64,000 bases of DNA from Camelus ferus (taxonomy: Eukaryota), in assembly GCF_009834535.1 (NCBI RefSeq), contig NC_045696.1:96226001-96290000 (forward strand), read 5' to 3'. This document shows, one piece after another, positions 24,934 through 38,031 of this stretch; positions within the stretch are counted from its first letter, which is position 1; every line of letters starts with the position of its first letter. The notes beneath the pieces are model-generated. The model had not been told where the DNA came from. It made no database searches and worked only from the letters and a program-made list of their open reading frames with translations. The translations under genes were made by a program, and so were the position numbers.

Positions 24934-25262
24934 TACAAAGGAACTTACTTACAAAACAGAAACAGACTCACAGGCTTAGAAAACAAACTTATGGCTACCA
25001 AAGGGGAGGGGGGTGGAGGAGGGATGGGGGAATAAACTGGGAGTTTGGAATTAGCAGATACAAACTGCTGTATGTAAGTCAGATAAACAAGGTCCTACTG
25101 TACAGCACAGGGAACTACTGTCAATATCCTACAATAAATCATAATGGAAAAAGAATATGAAAAAGAAGGCACATATATAGTACAACTCAATCACTTTACT
25201 GTACACCAGAAATTAACACAATGTTGTAAATCAACTATACTTCAATTAAAAAAAAAAAAAAA
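24934..25262 (+). mobile_element. Short L1 3'-end insertion (artiodactyl-type)
   Basis: ataaactgggagtttggaattagcagatacaaactgct..tacagcacagggaact.., poly-A, TSD aaaagtcaagtca (24921-24933 / 25263-25275). Confidence 0.88.
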
Positions 25263-27029
25263 AAAAGTCAAGTCACAAGGAAGTCAGTAAAGCCTGGAGC
25301 AGACTTTAGGCCTGAAGAGCCTCCTCTGGGCATTCAGGGGAGGCAGGATTCATATGGGAAGGATAAAGGTAGGGGGCCGACAGAATGATCAACGTGGCCG
25401 GTTCGAAGCCTGCTCTCACAGGCCGGGAAGCCTGGACCAACCCCCAAGTGCCAGACTTCAGTCTCCTCAACTCATCTAAGGATTGGACTAGACACTATGA
25501 ATAGAGGTTCCCTCCATCCTTAAAGTCCGATGGTCCCCTCAACTGTATCACAACAAGAAGTACAAAGGCAGGAGGCAGAGTTCACAGAACAGCAGAGACC
25601 CCACCAGCCTAAAGTAGAGAGCTGGGATGAAGACAGTGCGGAAGGTATGGGGGGGGAACCAGGTCATGGGAATTTTGAAAGTAAAGGAGGTTTAACAAGA
25701 TAGAAACTAGGTTTGGTTTTTAAATATATGCATTGTAAAATGAAACATCAAAACACATGTAGCCTAAAGGACTTTTATTAGTACTTAGGAAAAAAAATCA
25801 AGAATGAGTATTTTACTTCTGCTCTTTTACATAAATATTGCTTAGAATATAGTTTCTTCCACACAGGAGGCACTTGGTAAAGGCTGGCTACTTCGGTGAC
25901 AATCACCACCATCATTACTTCTATCGTTACTGAGGCAGTTCTCAAGTGGTTCTGAACACGGCTTCAGATATCAGACGGTCCGGTGGGAATCCTGCCTCTA
26001 TAACTTACCGGCTGTATAACACCGAGTGTTAGTTAACCTCCTAGTGCCTCAGTTTTCTCACCTGTGAAACAGGGATAATAACACCTACATGATAGGAATG
26101 ATGAAGGTTAAATATGTACGCGTAAGGTTCTGGGCACAGTGCCAGACACAAAGTGCGCACGCGATTATTTTCACTGAGCTCAGTAGAGAGTGACGCTATT
26201 TACTCATGGACCCTCAAGCCCTCTCTCAGGTAGGGAAAGGGGACGGACACGTACCCTTTAAATGTCACTTTAATTTAGAAAGTTGTATGTACATCTGCCT
26301 TATCCATCCACTTGTATATTGTTTCACCCCAAGATGTACACAGTGCATCATTAAATAATTAGGAGAATTAAGATGTCGAAAGGCTTCTGAAGTTTTTGTT
26401 TGCTTGCTTTTTAAAGGGAGGTTTCAGAGAATGGGTTTGTTTGGACTTCTTAGCCAACATACTTACTCTTTGCTATTTTAAAAAGTTGTATATCAATTTT
26501 TCCTTGCTAAAACACAAAAATTATCTTCTGATCATAAAAAACAACAGAAGGTGTTTAATATGCATGAGGATAGTGTATATCAGGACATGGCACCAGGAAG
26601 AATGGCTGCGGCCCTGAGGGTGTGAGTCTGACTCCACCAGGTCTAAGGGACTAAATGAAGTCCAGTTTGTTCAGCTTGTGCTATAAAACACCCAGTGTGC
26701 CAGATACAGAGGGAACGTGACAAGATTATGTTATTATCAGTGTCAATCACAATGGATCTAAGGGTGTGTCTTACACTTCTGGCCCTGACTGCCTCAAAAC
26801 CCACAACGAAAGAAGAAAACCCTCACGTGTTAAAGTTAGATGTTTTGACACATCTATATGTATACACAGCTGAGCTTCTCTTTGAGAATTTTATAACCAG
26901 TGATCACACATCCTTGCTCTAGAAGCCTTTAAAATACATTCTTGGTCAAATTTCTCACCAACACCAACACAAAAACATCTATGCAAGTACTTCAACAGAA
27001 ATACAAAGCAAATCGCAAAGGTACTTTAA

Positions 27030-27468
27030 AATTATCTGCCAGCCACACTTAAAAAAAGCACAAAGAAACAGGATAACAGATTCCACATTATTGTACATAA
27101 AATAGATAAAACAACAAGGTCCTGCAGAATAGCACAGGGAACTATATTCAATATCTTGTTAACAGCTTATAATAGAAAAGAATCTGAAGAATTTATACAA
27201 CTGAATCACTATGCTGTGCACCAGAAACTACAATACTGTAAATTAACTACACTTCAATTTAAAAAGAGAGAGAGAGATCTAATTATTGTACTATTTGCAT
27301 AAAATAGTGCAACTTTACTGCTTGCACTCCTCTTTACAATGTTTCATACTAAATCTTTAAGACCCAGTGGGTATTCGGCACTTACATCACATGTCAATTT
27401 GGACTGGCCACATCTCAAGTGCTCAATGGTCACCTGTGGCTGCAGGCTACCATACTAGCACAGGTCTA
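27030..27468. mobile_element. MER3/MER33-like element interrupted by an L1 3'-end fragment (~27072-27275)
   Basis: gccagccacactt..aagaaacagg and ggactggccacatctcaagtgctcaatgg flank an L1 tail (aacaaggtcctg..tagcacagggaactatattcaatatc). Confidence 0.55.
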
Positions 27469-28149
27469 TACCATCATGGATCTGGAGGGTCAAGGCAAGA
27501 CCAAATTCTAATCCTACAACTTTTTCTGCTAAAAAAGAAAAACAAAAATATTCTGGTAGGTTATACAATAAAGGGCCTACTTTTTAAATAAAGTCTTTTA
27601 AATTTTTGTACAATTTTCTGTCACCCTTTCCCTCCCCTCTCAGCCTAGGTTCCTAAGCATGAGTTCTATCAATCTACAAAAACAAAAAGCCAGGAAGCCT
27701 CACTGAAAGTTCTTCAGGCTCAGCCACAACCAAACCATTTCTTCCCCTGCTATTTCTCAGAATTTCAGTTTACTTATCTCCTCTGCAAATGAACTTCCAA
27801 CCCAAATGGTAACAAATGAATCTATCAGAATGCAAAAGCATGAAGTCAAAAATAGCCCTTCTAGAAGCAACCTACGTGGGATTTCCCAAAGTCACAAAAT
27901 CAGACCATGGAAAACCCAGGCTTCCTCATAATCTAACATGTTCTCACTAGTCCACACAACCTAATAAAATTCACCAATGAAATTCTTAGAAGCAGAGAGG
28001 CTGTGATCGTGGTTTTGTGAGTACAAATGTGTGTAAAGAAAATAATTTCTAATTTTAATTACTAACCTCCCTTCCCTCCCCTAACCGCTCTTTTAAAACA
28101 GATTCTTTGGATTTGTTTTTTTTGACAGTCATCCTTACTCTTCCTCAAG

Positions 28150-29112
28150 ATGACAAACAGTTCTACCTTCTGTCCAGTTTACACAGACCTGGAGCCATTC
28201 ACGTATTTTTTTTATTTAGTTTTCCTTGTTGGAATTATTGGAAGCTGTTTCGCAACCTGGGCTTTCATACAGAACAACACAAACCACAGGTGTGTAAGCA
28301 TATACTTACTTAATTTGCTCACAGCTGACTTCCTGCTGACTCTGGCGTTACCAGTGAAAATAGCTGTCGACTTGGGTGTGGCACCCTGGAAGCTAAGAAT
28401 ATTCCACTGCCAAGTAACAGCCTGCCTTATCTACATTAATATGTACTTATCAATTATATTCCTGGCATTTGTTAGCATTGATCGCTGTCTTCAGTTGACA
28501 CACAGCTTCAAGATTTATCGAATACAAGAACCTGGATTTGCCAAAATGATATCGACCGTTGTGTGGCTCATGGTCCTCCTTATCATGGTGCCAAATATGG
28601 TAATTCCTATCAAAGACATCAAGGAAAAGCCCAACGTGGGTTGCATGGAATTCAAAAAAGAGTTTGGAAGAAACTGGCATCTGCTGACAAATTTCATATG
28701 CATAGCAATATTTTTAAACTTCTCAGCCATCATCTTAATATCTAACTGCCTTGTAATTCGACAACTCTGCAGAAACAAAGACAATGAAAATTATCCAAAC
28801 GTGAAAAGAGCTCTCATCAGTATACTTTTAGTGACCGCAGGCTACATCGTATGTTTTGTTCCTTATCACATTGTCCGAATCCCATACACCCTCAGCCAGA
28901 CAACAGAGGTCATATCTGACTGCCCTACCAGGATTTCACTCTTCAAAGCCAAAGAGGCCACACTGCTCCTGGCCGTGTCCAACCTGTGCTTCGATCCGAT
29001 CCTGTACTATCATCTCTCAAAAGCTTTCCGCTTAAAGGTCACTGAGACTTTTGCTTCAAGTAAGGAGACCAAAGCTCAGAAAGAAAAATCAAGCTGTGAA
29101 AGCAATGCATAA
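28150..29112 (+). CDS. GPR171: G protein-coupled receptor 171 (BigLEN receptor), intact, 320 aa
   Basis: MTNSSTFCPVY..DLEPFTYFFYLVFLVGIIGSCFATWAF, DRC motif, CFVPYHIVRIPY, NLCFDPILYY. Candidate acceptors at 28102 and 28129. Confidence 0.97.
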   Translation: MTNSSTFCPVYTDLEPFTYFFYLVFLVGIIGSCFATWAFIQNNTNHRCVSIYLLNLLTADFLLTLALPVKIAVDLGVAPWKLRIFHCQVTACLIYINMYLSIIFLAFVSIDRCLQLTHSFKIYRIQEPGFAKMISTVVWLMVLLIMVPNMVIPIKDIKEKPNVGCMEFKKEFGRNWHLLTNFICIAIFLNFSAIILISNCLVIRQLCRNKDNENYPNVKRALISILLVTAGYIVCFVPYHIVRIPYTLSQTTEVISDCPTRISLFKAKEATLLLAVSNLCFDPILYYHLSKAFRLKVTETFASSKETKAQKEKSSCESNA

Positions 29113-29768
29113 AATACGGCATTTTTCATGCTATCATTTCTTGCCTTATTGGACAATTAGGTACCAAACTACTAGGAAGGAAGGGGAAAAAAGAGCCTCA
29201 GTAATTACGTAAAAATACAGGGGGCTAGCAAATGTGGCTTGGTTTACTGAGCAGCCTTGTTTCTAAATGCAAGCCATTTGCATAGAGTACTCTTGTTGAC
29301 TCTCCTTAACCCAAATGTTTGTACAAAAAACTAATAAATCTTGTTGAACCAGTACAAAACCTTGCAATAGCCTTGAAATCTAAAATTAGTTCTAGGACGC
29401 AGTCTTAGAGGTACTCATGAGGCATAATTCATTTAAAGGCCTGGAACTGACTTTTTGATAGAAATATGCAAAATAATCTCTATATAAGTTGCCAGAACGC
29501 CCTTCAGCAACATAACTTAGAGCCCTTTAGATAGCTTAAAAAAAAAAAAAAAAATCCAGCCGATTTTTTTTTACATGAAACCACTTGTGCCTGATTTATT
29601 TTTAATCCATCACTTAAAAAGATGGTAACCTTTTAGCTCACTACTCCAATTTTCAACATCTAATTGTTTCCTAACCCAATAGCTAAAAATTTTTACTTCT
29701 AAAAAGGCCTGAAAATACATAGTTTTTAATGTACTGTATATATCCTCATATTCTACCTGGGGGTTATA

Positions 29769-29774
29769 AATAAA
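29769..29774 (+). terminator. GPR171: Probable GPR171 polyadenylation signal
   Basis: AATAAA preceded by TGTA elements and followed by T-rich sequence. Alternative AATAAA at 29333. Confidence 0.5.
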
Positions 29775-30012
29775 GATTTTCTACTGTCAGTAATGACAAA
29801 TCCATTGATTTCTTATTTTTATTTTGCAGTAACATGATATAGACCTACAACGTCTGGCGGGGAGGGTGTTAAATTAAACTAACTGCTAAAACTACTCTTT
29901 TGCAACTAGCAACTCACATCAAAGATATGGAAAAATAACACATCAAATAGTCTTAAAATAGACAAGCTGGCTGCATACGGCAGGGGGCAAGGCCTAGTCA
30001 GAAATGCAGCAC

Positions 30013-30163
30013 ACTGTGGGAGGGTACAGCTCAATGGTACAGCACATGCTTAGCATGCACAAAGCCCTGGGTTCAATCTCCAGTACCTCCAATAAACAAA
30101 CAAACAAACAAACAAACACCTAATTACCCCCCCCAAAAGGAAAAAAAATTTTAAAAAAGAAGA
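30013..30163 (+). mobile_element. tRNA-derived SINE (camelid-type)
   Basis: gggagggtacagctcaatggta..gggttcaatctccag, (AAAC)n tail, perfect TSD agaaatgcagcac (30000-30012 / 30164-30176). Confidence 0.88.
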
Positions 30164-33100
30164 AGAAATGCAGCACGGGCTGGGCTGACTGGCACCACTC
30201 AGATCCTGAAGATAAGTCTGATCCCATGAAGGGCCTGCACTTCAAAGTATGAGTAACTCTACTCTCAGGGTCACAACCCTTTAATCAAATTCTCTCCACT
30301 GCCAGTAATGCAGAAAGGATTCAATAGATGGTAATAAAAGACGTATTCAAGGAAAAGAAGATTAAAAAGTTTAGATAAGCCAACATGAGACTTTGTTTTT
30401 TTTTTTTTTCTCATTTCAATACTAAAAGCACACAATTGGTAATGTATTTGCACTAGCTGTTAAAATGAAGAAATGGCTTTCCTCAAGCAAAATCAAACAC
30501 GTAGATACAGAGAGTAGCAGTTACCAGAGGGGAAGAGGGGCACGTGTGTGCTGGGATGGGGGGAGGGCTGGGTAAAGGATTAACTGCATGGTGATGGAGG
30601 GAAACAAAGTTTTGAGAGGTGAGCATGTTACAGAGCACACGGAAGTAGAATTATAATGTTGCACAACTGAAACTTATATAATGTTACAAATAAATGCTAC
30701 TTCAATCAAAGTAAGTAAATGATTTCAAAGGATGGAGAGAGGGAAAAAAAGAAAAAAGAAAGAAATGGTGTTCCTGGGAGCTAACAAAACAAGCCTGATT
30801 CCAGACTTATTTTTAGCTCTGTGCTGAGAACTATTTTCAGAAGTCTGAACCCAAGACAACTTGTATCTATAATTTCATAATACATTCTCTGAGTTTGAGG
30901 AGAATAATAAGTGAGAAAATGCACCCAAAAGAGTGCCTGTTACCCTTGTAACATGGTAGGTACTGGACCAACTCCAGCTGGCCAGTGACGGGAACCCCCG
31001 TCAGCATCACACATCTGACACGGCCAAGGGTGTAGATGACTTACCCGTGTTACAGGCCAGTACAGGCCTAGACACCAGAACCTGTGCTTGCTAGTGATCT
31101 AAGTATATGTTTTTATTGATGGGCAGGTCAAGATATTATTCATACAGGAGCATATATTAAACTAGTTTATTTTCTTGAATCTTTTGGTCAATTCTCCTTT
31201 TAGTCCTCTCTCCTTGGCCTTCACTCCCTAGAGCCACATTTTAGGGCAAAGGGGGGAGGGGGGTTAAAAATCACATTCTTATATTCTCCTCACATGCATG
31301 ATACGTTAGTCACACTTTTCCTTCTTTTTAAGCAAGAGAACCAGACTCACTGCAGCATTCCTAACGTTAACGTTTTATTAGCATATACTTTTAGTTCCCC
31401 TTTTTGATGGCTTACTCTAAATTATACTGACAACTTACCAGGGGTGCCTGGACAACTGGTGATAGAAGGATAGTTAAAAAAAAAAAAAAAGAAAGAAAAA
31501 GTGTCCAATTTTCTAGCAACTCATTTATGATGGCAAATTACAGCTGAATTATATCTTAACCCATCATGAGACTTACTCACCAGAAATCATTCATGTTCTC
31601 TCCTCTAAGGAAGTTGGCAGTCTTGAGAACGCTAAGTGCTGGGAACAACTGCGTAGCCAAAGGTCACATGAACAACGGGAGAAAGACGTCTGTGCTTGGG
31701 CAGCCCTCTGATCTCACACCCACACATGAGCAAGGGAGATCTGCAAAGTTCTTCCCAAGAGAAGGGCACAGAACCCTCAACCGATTTCAACCATTTTCAA
31801 CTTTTTGCCACATTTGTTTCAGCTCCCTTTTCATTTCTTTAAATAAACTTTTTATTTGGTAATAATTTAAAATTTACAGAAAAGGTACAGAGTGAGTACA
31901 GAGTCTCCAGGTACTCTTCATCTACTTTGCCCTGAAGCTCATGCCGTACATACCATTACATACCTTAGTAACGCTTGGCAGAACCAGGAAATTAACACTG
32001 GTGCATTACCATTAACTCAGCTCCACACTTCAAAATGGATTCTTTTCAACTCTATTTTAAAACAAATCAAGACACCCTGATAGTTCATCCATGAATTCTT
32101 CAGGATCCATCTCTAAAATATCAGGCTTTCTGCTACCCTAAATAAACGGTGAAGTTATTTCATTATGTGGAAAAATGAGTGATGCCTACAGGTAGCAGCT
32201 GAAAAATACTGATAAATTCAGCCAGTAATGAACAAGGAAAAAATTCTACCTACTTTTGATACAGCCCTGGACACAGAAAAATTAGCAAGGGCTTCTTAAT
32301 CATAATAAGAAAAAAATGTATGGGTATAGAGATTATGAAAGTCATTTCAGAGGATGTTGAAAAATAACCCCCCCCCAAAAAAAATTGTAGAAAATATTCA
32401 GTTTAGAGATGAAAATTCCTCAAAGATACTCAGGAAATAACATAGTATATACTTCACAATTGCATTTTTGTTAAAATCATAGTAATAATAGTCTTCAATA
32501 AAAAAAAAAAAAAAGACTCACTGAAATTACACTTAAAATTCCAGGAAAAAAAGACAGTAAACCTAAGAAAAAAAAAATCACATATTTTGGCCCAATTTTC
32601 ATTACAAGTATCAAAAAACTAATCTTGTTTCCCTTCAGAGTAAAGCATTTCACTTGTTATGAGTCAAACATAAATTTCCTAGCATCTGTTTTTCATGTGC
32701 TATCCAGTTCTTAAATTCAACGGGTCAAAAACCTAAGCCCATCTCAAATACAATCTCTTCTACGAAGCCTTAACCCATTTCTCAACCAGATGCTCTCTCC
32801 TCTCCAATACGTATTCATTGAGAGTGGAAGGGACCCCGGAATGTCAAACGGTTCATCCTCCAGTGGACACTCGGGTTTTTACTCAGTTATTGCACTTATT
32901 CTGGTGCTTGTCCCCCTCCTATTTTATTCATCTTTCCTGTGCCCAAAACTTCTTGCTCATCTGTATAATACGAAAGCGCCTCCTACAACACAGTGCACAT
33001 AAAAGTAAATGAGTTTCAAACTGAAGTGGGGAAACACAATCAGTCATCATTTGCAGTGACTCAAATGCTTTTGAAAAAAGGGTACTAATACAGAAAATTC

Positions 33101-33309
33101 TGTTACATCTAGCCAGCCAGTAGCATCACACCACAAGCCTGGACCACATGAGCACATACGCTATACGATGAGAATCGTAACAAAAGAAGTAGCAAACACA
33201 AAAACTCACCTGCTGTCATATGTATTTCTCAGGCAATTAGTTGAGTAATCAACGGTCAATGATCCTGCAATGAAATAATCAGGTTGCCAACTGACAAGCA
33301 ATGACTTAC

Positions 33310-33486
33310 CAGAGGTATGGGAAAATGGGTTGCATACTGCAGGTGTCGCAGGAGGTCATAGTTCGATGGAAAAATTAACTCCCTCGGCTTTTCTCTCTTC
33401 AACAGCTTCTCAACATTAACTGACTGTCTCCTGCCCAAGGCAGGGTTGGCTTTCTCACAGGACTCTCCAGGCATGGGAGAAAAAAT
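33310..33486 (-). CDS. MED12L: MED12L coding exon (177 nt; IFSPMPGESC..QYATHFPIPL), last exon before the large GPCR-containing intron
   Basis: tag|ATT..CTG|gtaagt, phase 0/0. RHLQYATHFPIP is a MED12-family motif. Confidence 0.95.
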
Positions 33487-34316
33487 CTAAGTCATGTAAA
33501 ACAAAAGTTGGAGATTGCAAATGAAAGAGAGCAAAACTAAAACACAGAACCTCAAACACACAAGACACTCATACCATATCCTTTCCTTATTTAACCACTG
33601 AGCAGAATAATAAATTGTATTCATTTCCACAAATGTCATATTCAGATCAGTAGCATCATCCTCTATTCTGAAGATGAGAAAATGACAACCCCACACATGT
33701 AAGAAATGTGCACAGGGACATTTCCCAGAGATGAAATCAGACTTAAGTGTTTTCCTCATAGGGCTACATGTCCTACAAAAACATATAAACAGAAATAATT
33801 CACTAATAAAACTAACAAATAATAGATATAAAGGTTTTAGTCTATACCCCACCAATATTCATTTTCATAAAGAGTTACACATTGAGATCCATGAGGAACA
33901 ACACACTGTCATCATACTGAGATCAAGCAGAAGAATGTATGACAAGTCCAGAGCCAGGAAAGCGACCATTTAGAAGACGAACACACACAGAGCAAATCAA
34001 CATGGACCATCCTGATGAAACGAAATTTGTGTATTCCTGAGAGACAATGATCTCTAAACAAATAAATGAGTCACAGTCCACTATGAGGACCGGAGTGTTA
34101 ATTTACAAAAGGAGGCAATGCAGCCAAAACTGAGGATGAGCTGAAATGAGACAACTGCATGAGACGATTAACTGTACCCTCGGGTGGAATGTGAGAGGAT
34201 CACATGTGCGTCACAAGGACACAGGTCATTCCAGCACACAGGGCAAGGAGCAGATGGGGGAGATGAGCTGGGGAGGTGGGGTTGATGGTCGTAAAGAATT
34301 CGAAGGTTGAACCTAC

Positions 34317-34421
34317 TGGAAATTCCGAACCAAAGTCAGTTTTAAAGTCACTCTTGTCTACTTCATCAAAAATATTAGTAGCTCCTGAGTCAATGCCCAT
34401 ATGCGCCATGATTGTCTGTTC
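34317..34421 (-). CDS. MED12L: MED12L 105-nt exon (EQTIMAHMGIDSG..DFGSEFP), likely a cassette exon
   Basis: cag|GAA..CCA|gtaggt, phase 0/0, open frame, weak donor. Confidence 0.8.
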
Positions 34422-35696
34422 CTGATAATTGCCAGAGAAAGAAAGTCACACTGTAAATTTTGCAGTTCATTAAGAGGCTAAAACAAGACAGCGACATTTT
34501 AGACCATCTACCTCCTTTCCCCCCATAGTGTCCTTTTTTCCCTCCAATAAAATAGAAGAAAGTTAAGACATACATTGCTTTGCAAAGTCACATTCTTAGT
34601 CTTCAAGATGAGAAAGATCTAACTTCCATGATATTTTAAGGGAAAAGCACGCAAACTTCCTGATTAAAAACTGGCCATAATTTCCTTCACTGGGCTATCC
34701 CCAGTCACATGCTCAACAACTTGCCTTAGTAAGAAAAATCTTAAGAGCATATTTAAGATACAAGATACCCTGATGTCCAAGAACAGAAAAGAAAAAGCAG
34801 AAACAGGTAAAGTAACTTTATTTTTTACTCTTTGTAACTTCTATTATGGATAAATTTAGAAAAAAAAGCATTTACATTGAAGAAATAATTTTTAAAAATC
34901 TTATAAGTACAAACTATGAATTCACATGTGCAATGCTAATGGCAGCTTTTTAAATTACAAGTATAACCACTGTTCTAAAAACATCAAAATAGTATGTTAA
35001 ACAGAACCAATATGAGGCTTTATTTTTAAGAAATTATCACAGTCTCTCACCATTTTCTACTATATTCCATCATCAACTTCATCTTTTTTGCCTTGAAAAT
35101 TCCCCTAAGTATCTGGAACAATGTCCAAAATACCAGAAAGTGGCAGAAAATTATAAAGCCATACTCACAGGATAAAGTAATTTGTTGAAAAGAGCAATTC
35201 TATAGCATTTGAGAGATAGAGATCAAATTTTTAGTTAATCAAAATGAAAATATGATGTGTTATGACTAAAGTATATGCAGGAAAGAGCGAACGAAAGTCA
35301 TGAATGATACACTGGAGAAAAGATGCTCCTTAGAATGAAAACAGCCAGGACTTTAGGGCCAAAACAAGTCCAATTTTGAGGCACATTAAACCAAAACTGG
35401 GGATTAGAAATAAGTAAAATTGGAAGCACATAATTCCAATTTCATTCCAATGAAAAACGTGATGGCCTGTCCAATCTTTTCATTAACAGTTGTAGCGTAT
35501 CCAAAAGATAATTTTAGAAGATAGAAACCATAGTCCAAATGTTTTTTGTGAGTGAGGAACGGAGATAAATGAGCTTTGTAACAAGAGAACATGACTGAAA
35601 AGCGATCCCCCTTCCGCCACCACACAATCCTTCTGGAAGTGCTTCCCCAGCAGAGCTGAGTCTCTGGGGCGTGGGGCACCCCTCCCAGGGCCATAC

Positions 35697-35911
35697 CTCC
35701 ATTTTCACGTCATGGTCCTTTGGATAGTGTTCATCGGCATTTTCTCCTGCAGGCGACCGCGGCCGAGTGGAGGCGGTGACGGACAGGTCCCCTCGAGATA
35801 TGAGGGTGCACATGTAGCCGTCGTGGGAGAAGACATCGTGCCGGATGAACTCGCAGAAGAGCAGCACCAGGTTCACAAACTCCACCTTCTCACATTCGCT
35901 GTTCGGATCCG
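35697..35911 (-). CDS. MED12L: MED12L coding exon (215 nt; [33 protein letters not shown])
   Basis: cag|CG..GAG|gtatgg, phase 1 to 0, MED12 LCEWAV-domain region. Confidence 0.96.
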
Positions 35912-37904
35912 CTGCAAAGAATCAAATTCAATCAAGGCTCCAGTTTCCTTGACCCAGTAGAAAAAAACCAACTACTAAGGCTTAACAATATTTTCACAAT
36001 TTTTCATAATTTTTCTTTTTAAACAAAGTAAGGGATGTATTGGAAAACTTGCTATAAGGCTCTAGCTCTTTGTGCAGAACCGGCACACCAGTTTTGAATG
36101 TCCCACATGAATGGAAAACTAGTATCCGATGAGCTAAGCACCATTTCAAGTTTAAAGACAGTGGTCTCTGGCAAATGGATAACCACTGAACTAATCATGG
36201 AAACACCAAATCTCAGGCAAGGAAAAAAAGCAGGGTTAGACTGCTTTCCTCTGGTTTTACTATTGTAACAAGCTCATGACTCCTGACTGTTGGTTCTACC
36301 TTCAGTGTCTGTGGGTATGCACTTTTTCAAAATAGACTTCACAATAGAACCATAATTCAACTGGTATCTGAAAAAAATAGTGAGTGGGATCCACTGAAGA
36401 GAGAAAAATAGAATGAAAGGAGCACCAAGATGAAGCCCTGCCACCCTTTAAAATTCATGACCAGTCTGTTTAACTCACCTTGTGACTCCTCCTATCGCCA
36501 CTGCTCTCTCAAACGTCCTATCTGTGCCTCTGAGAGAAGGTGAAAAAGGAGTCAACTACGAAAACTCAACCTACAAAGCTCAGCCCCGGTACCACCACAC
36601 TCACAAACACCAAGAGCGACCACGGCTGGACCCGGGGAACGCTGAACTCAGTTCCCTAAACCTCAAGCCTAAATGTTTGCTCTCGCCCACCTCCAAGCTC
36701 AGTGATGAGCAAACTCTACTCAGAGACGGAAGAGCTTGCTCTAACGAGCAGTGAATGGGGCCCAGAGCCAGCAAGGCTTGCTTCCTCTAGGGAGGAAGAT
36801 TTTCCCAAAGAAAAAGAACAGGGATGGGGTCGGATAAGGGAAGCAAAGGGCCAATGTCTCTCTACCTCCCCCAGGACACAAGGTGAGTCACAGCTCTCAC
36901 TCCCCTTCCTGACAACGTGTTTTCTCCTCTCCGGAACCTCTCTGCCCTCTCATTTCTCTGCTCCCTTCTGCACGTTTCATCGCTGCTCCCTACATTCCAA
37001 CCACCAGCTTGGCTGTGGCTCCTGCTCTCCCTCTGTCCTAGAAGAGCTGCCAGGTAACTACCAGAACCTCGCCCCCAGGCATCACTCAACCCCAAATGGG
37101 GCAAAGGAATCAGAAGGACTACTTCTTGCTGCTTTACCTCCTTCTTCTCCACAGATGCCTCCCTTCTTCACCTTCCACACTTCCCCCCCGCTTTTCTATT
37201 ACTTTTCACTTTTGACATTTTTCTGTTGAACCCACACCATCTACGCTGAGACCTGCCCTGCTGCACTCGGTCATATGAGAACCTCAGAATAAGATTGAGC
37301 CGACTCTGATCACACAAATGAGTTTCTTAAAGTTTCCACCCACAGGACGAACACACTGGCTGTCTGGTCCCCAAGCCCCCCCACTCCCCACCAACAATGG
37401 AAGAAAAGACACAAAAAGAACAAGAAAGGCCTGACCATCCAAGAGAGTGCGGGCAGGCAGCCAACCACTTCTACACGTTACCTGGTTGTAAGGGACTTTT
37501 ACTTTCCCCCCTTTTAATATCAGAAGTTAGAAAATCAGAAATCTAGAAAACAGTGCAAAAAGAGAAAACTCCAAATCACAATATACATAGTAAACATCAC
37601 AGGACCTTAGCTCCTCTCTTCTGGTAAGAAAGATCTAGAAAGGGAAAATTAGTCCACCGAGTATAAGGGACTGAGGTGACTCATTGTTTTAATTATTAAA
37701 ACTCTGGAAATGTAAGTCTTTGAAGATTGCCTGATTTTAACATTGCGTGAAAGTCTCCTCGAAAACAGATTACAGAATTTTGCTCAGTAAGATACGCATT
37801 ATCTTCAGTGCTCACTTTGGTAAGATCACAGATGAGGGAGGAATCAGTCCCAAAAAAGGGTCAATCCCCTTGTCTAAGATCTGGAAGCAAAAAGCTTTAC
37901 TTAC

Positions 37905-38031
37905 ACAATGATGGGGCCTGTGTATCTAAAAATCTCAGCAGAACATTCTGGAAAACAGGCAAGCTAGATCCAGCAAGAGAGGCTGAAGAAATGGACTCCT
38001 TCTCATCTAAGACCTCTGACTCACCACATCT
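37905..38031 (-). CDS. MED12L: MED12L coding exon (127 nt; [25 protein letters not shown])
   Basis: tag|AGA..TTGT|gtaagt, phase 0 to 1. Confidence 0.95.

Noticed and set aside
31570..31620. Minus-strand donor CTG|gtgagt with a possible 24-nt exon
   Set aside because: Short pyrimidine tract and an in-frame stop. Indistinguishable from background pseudo-exons.
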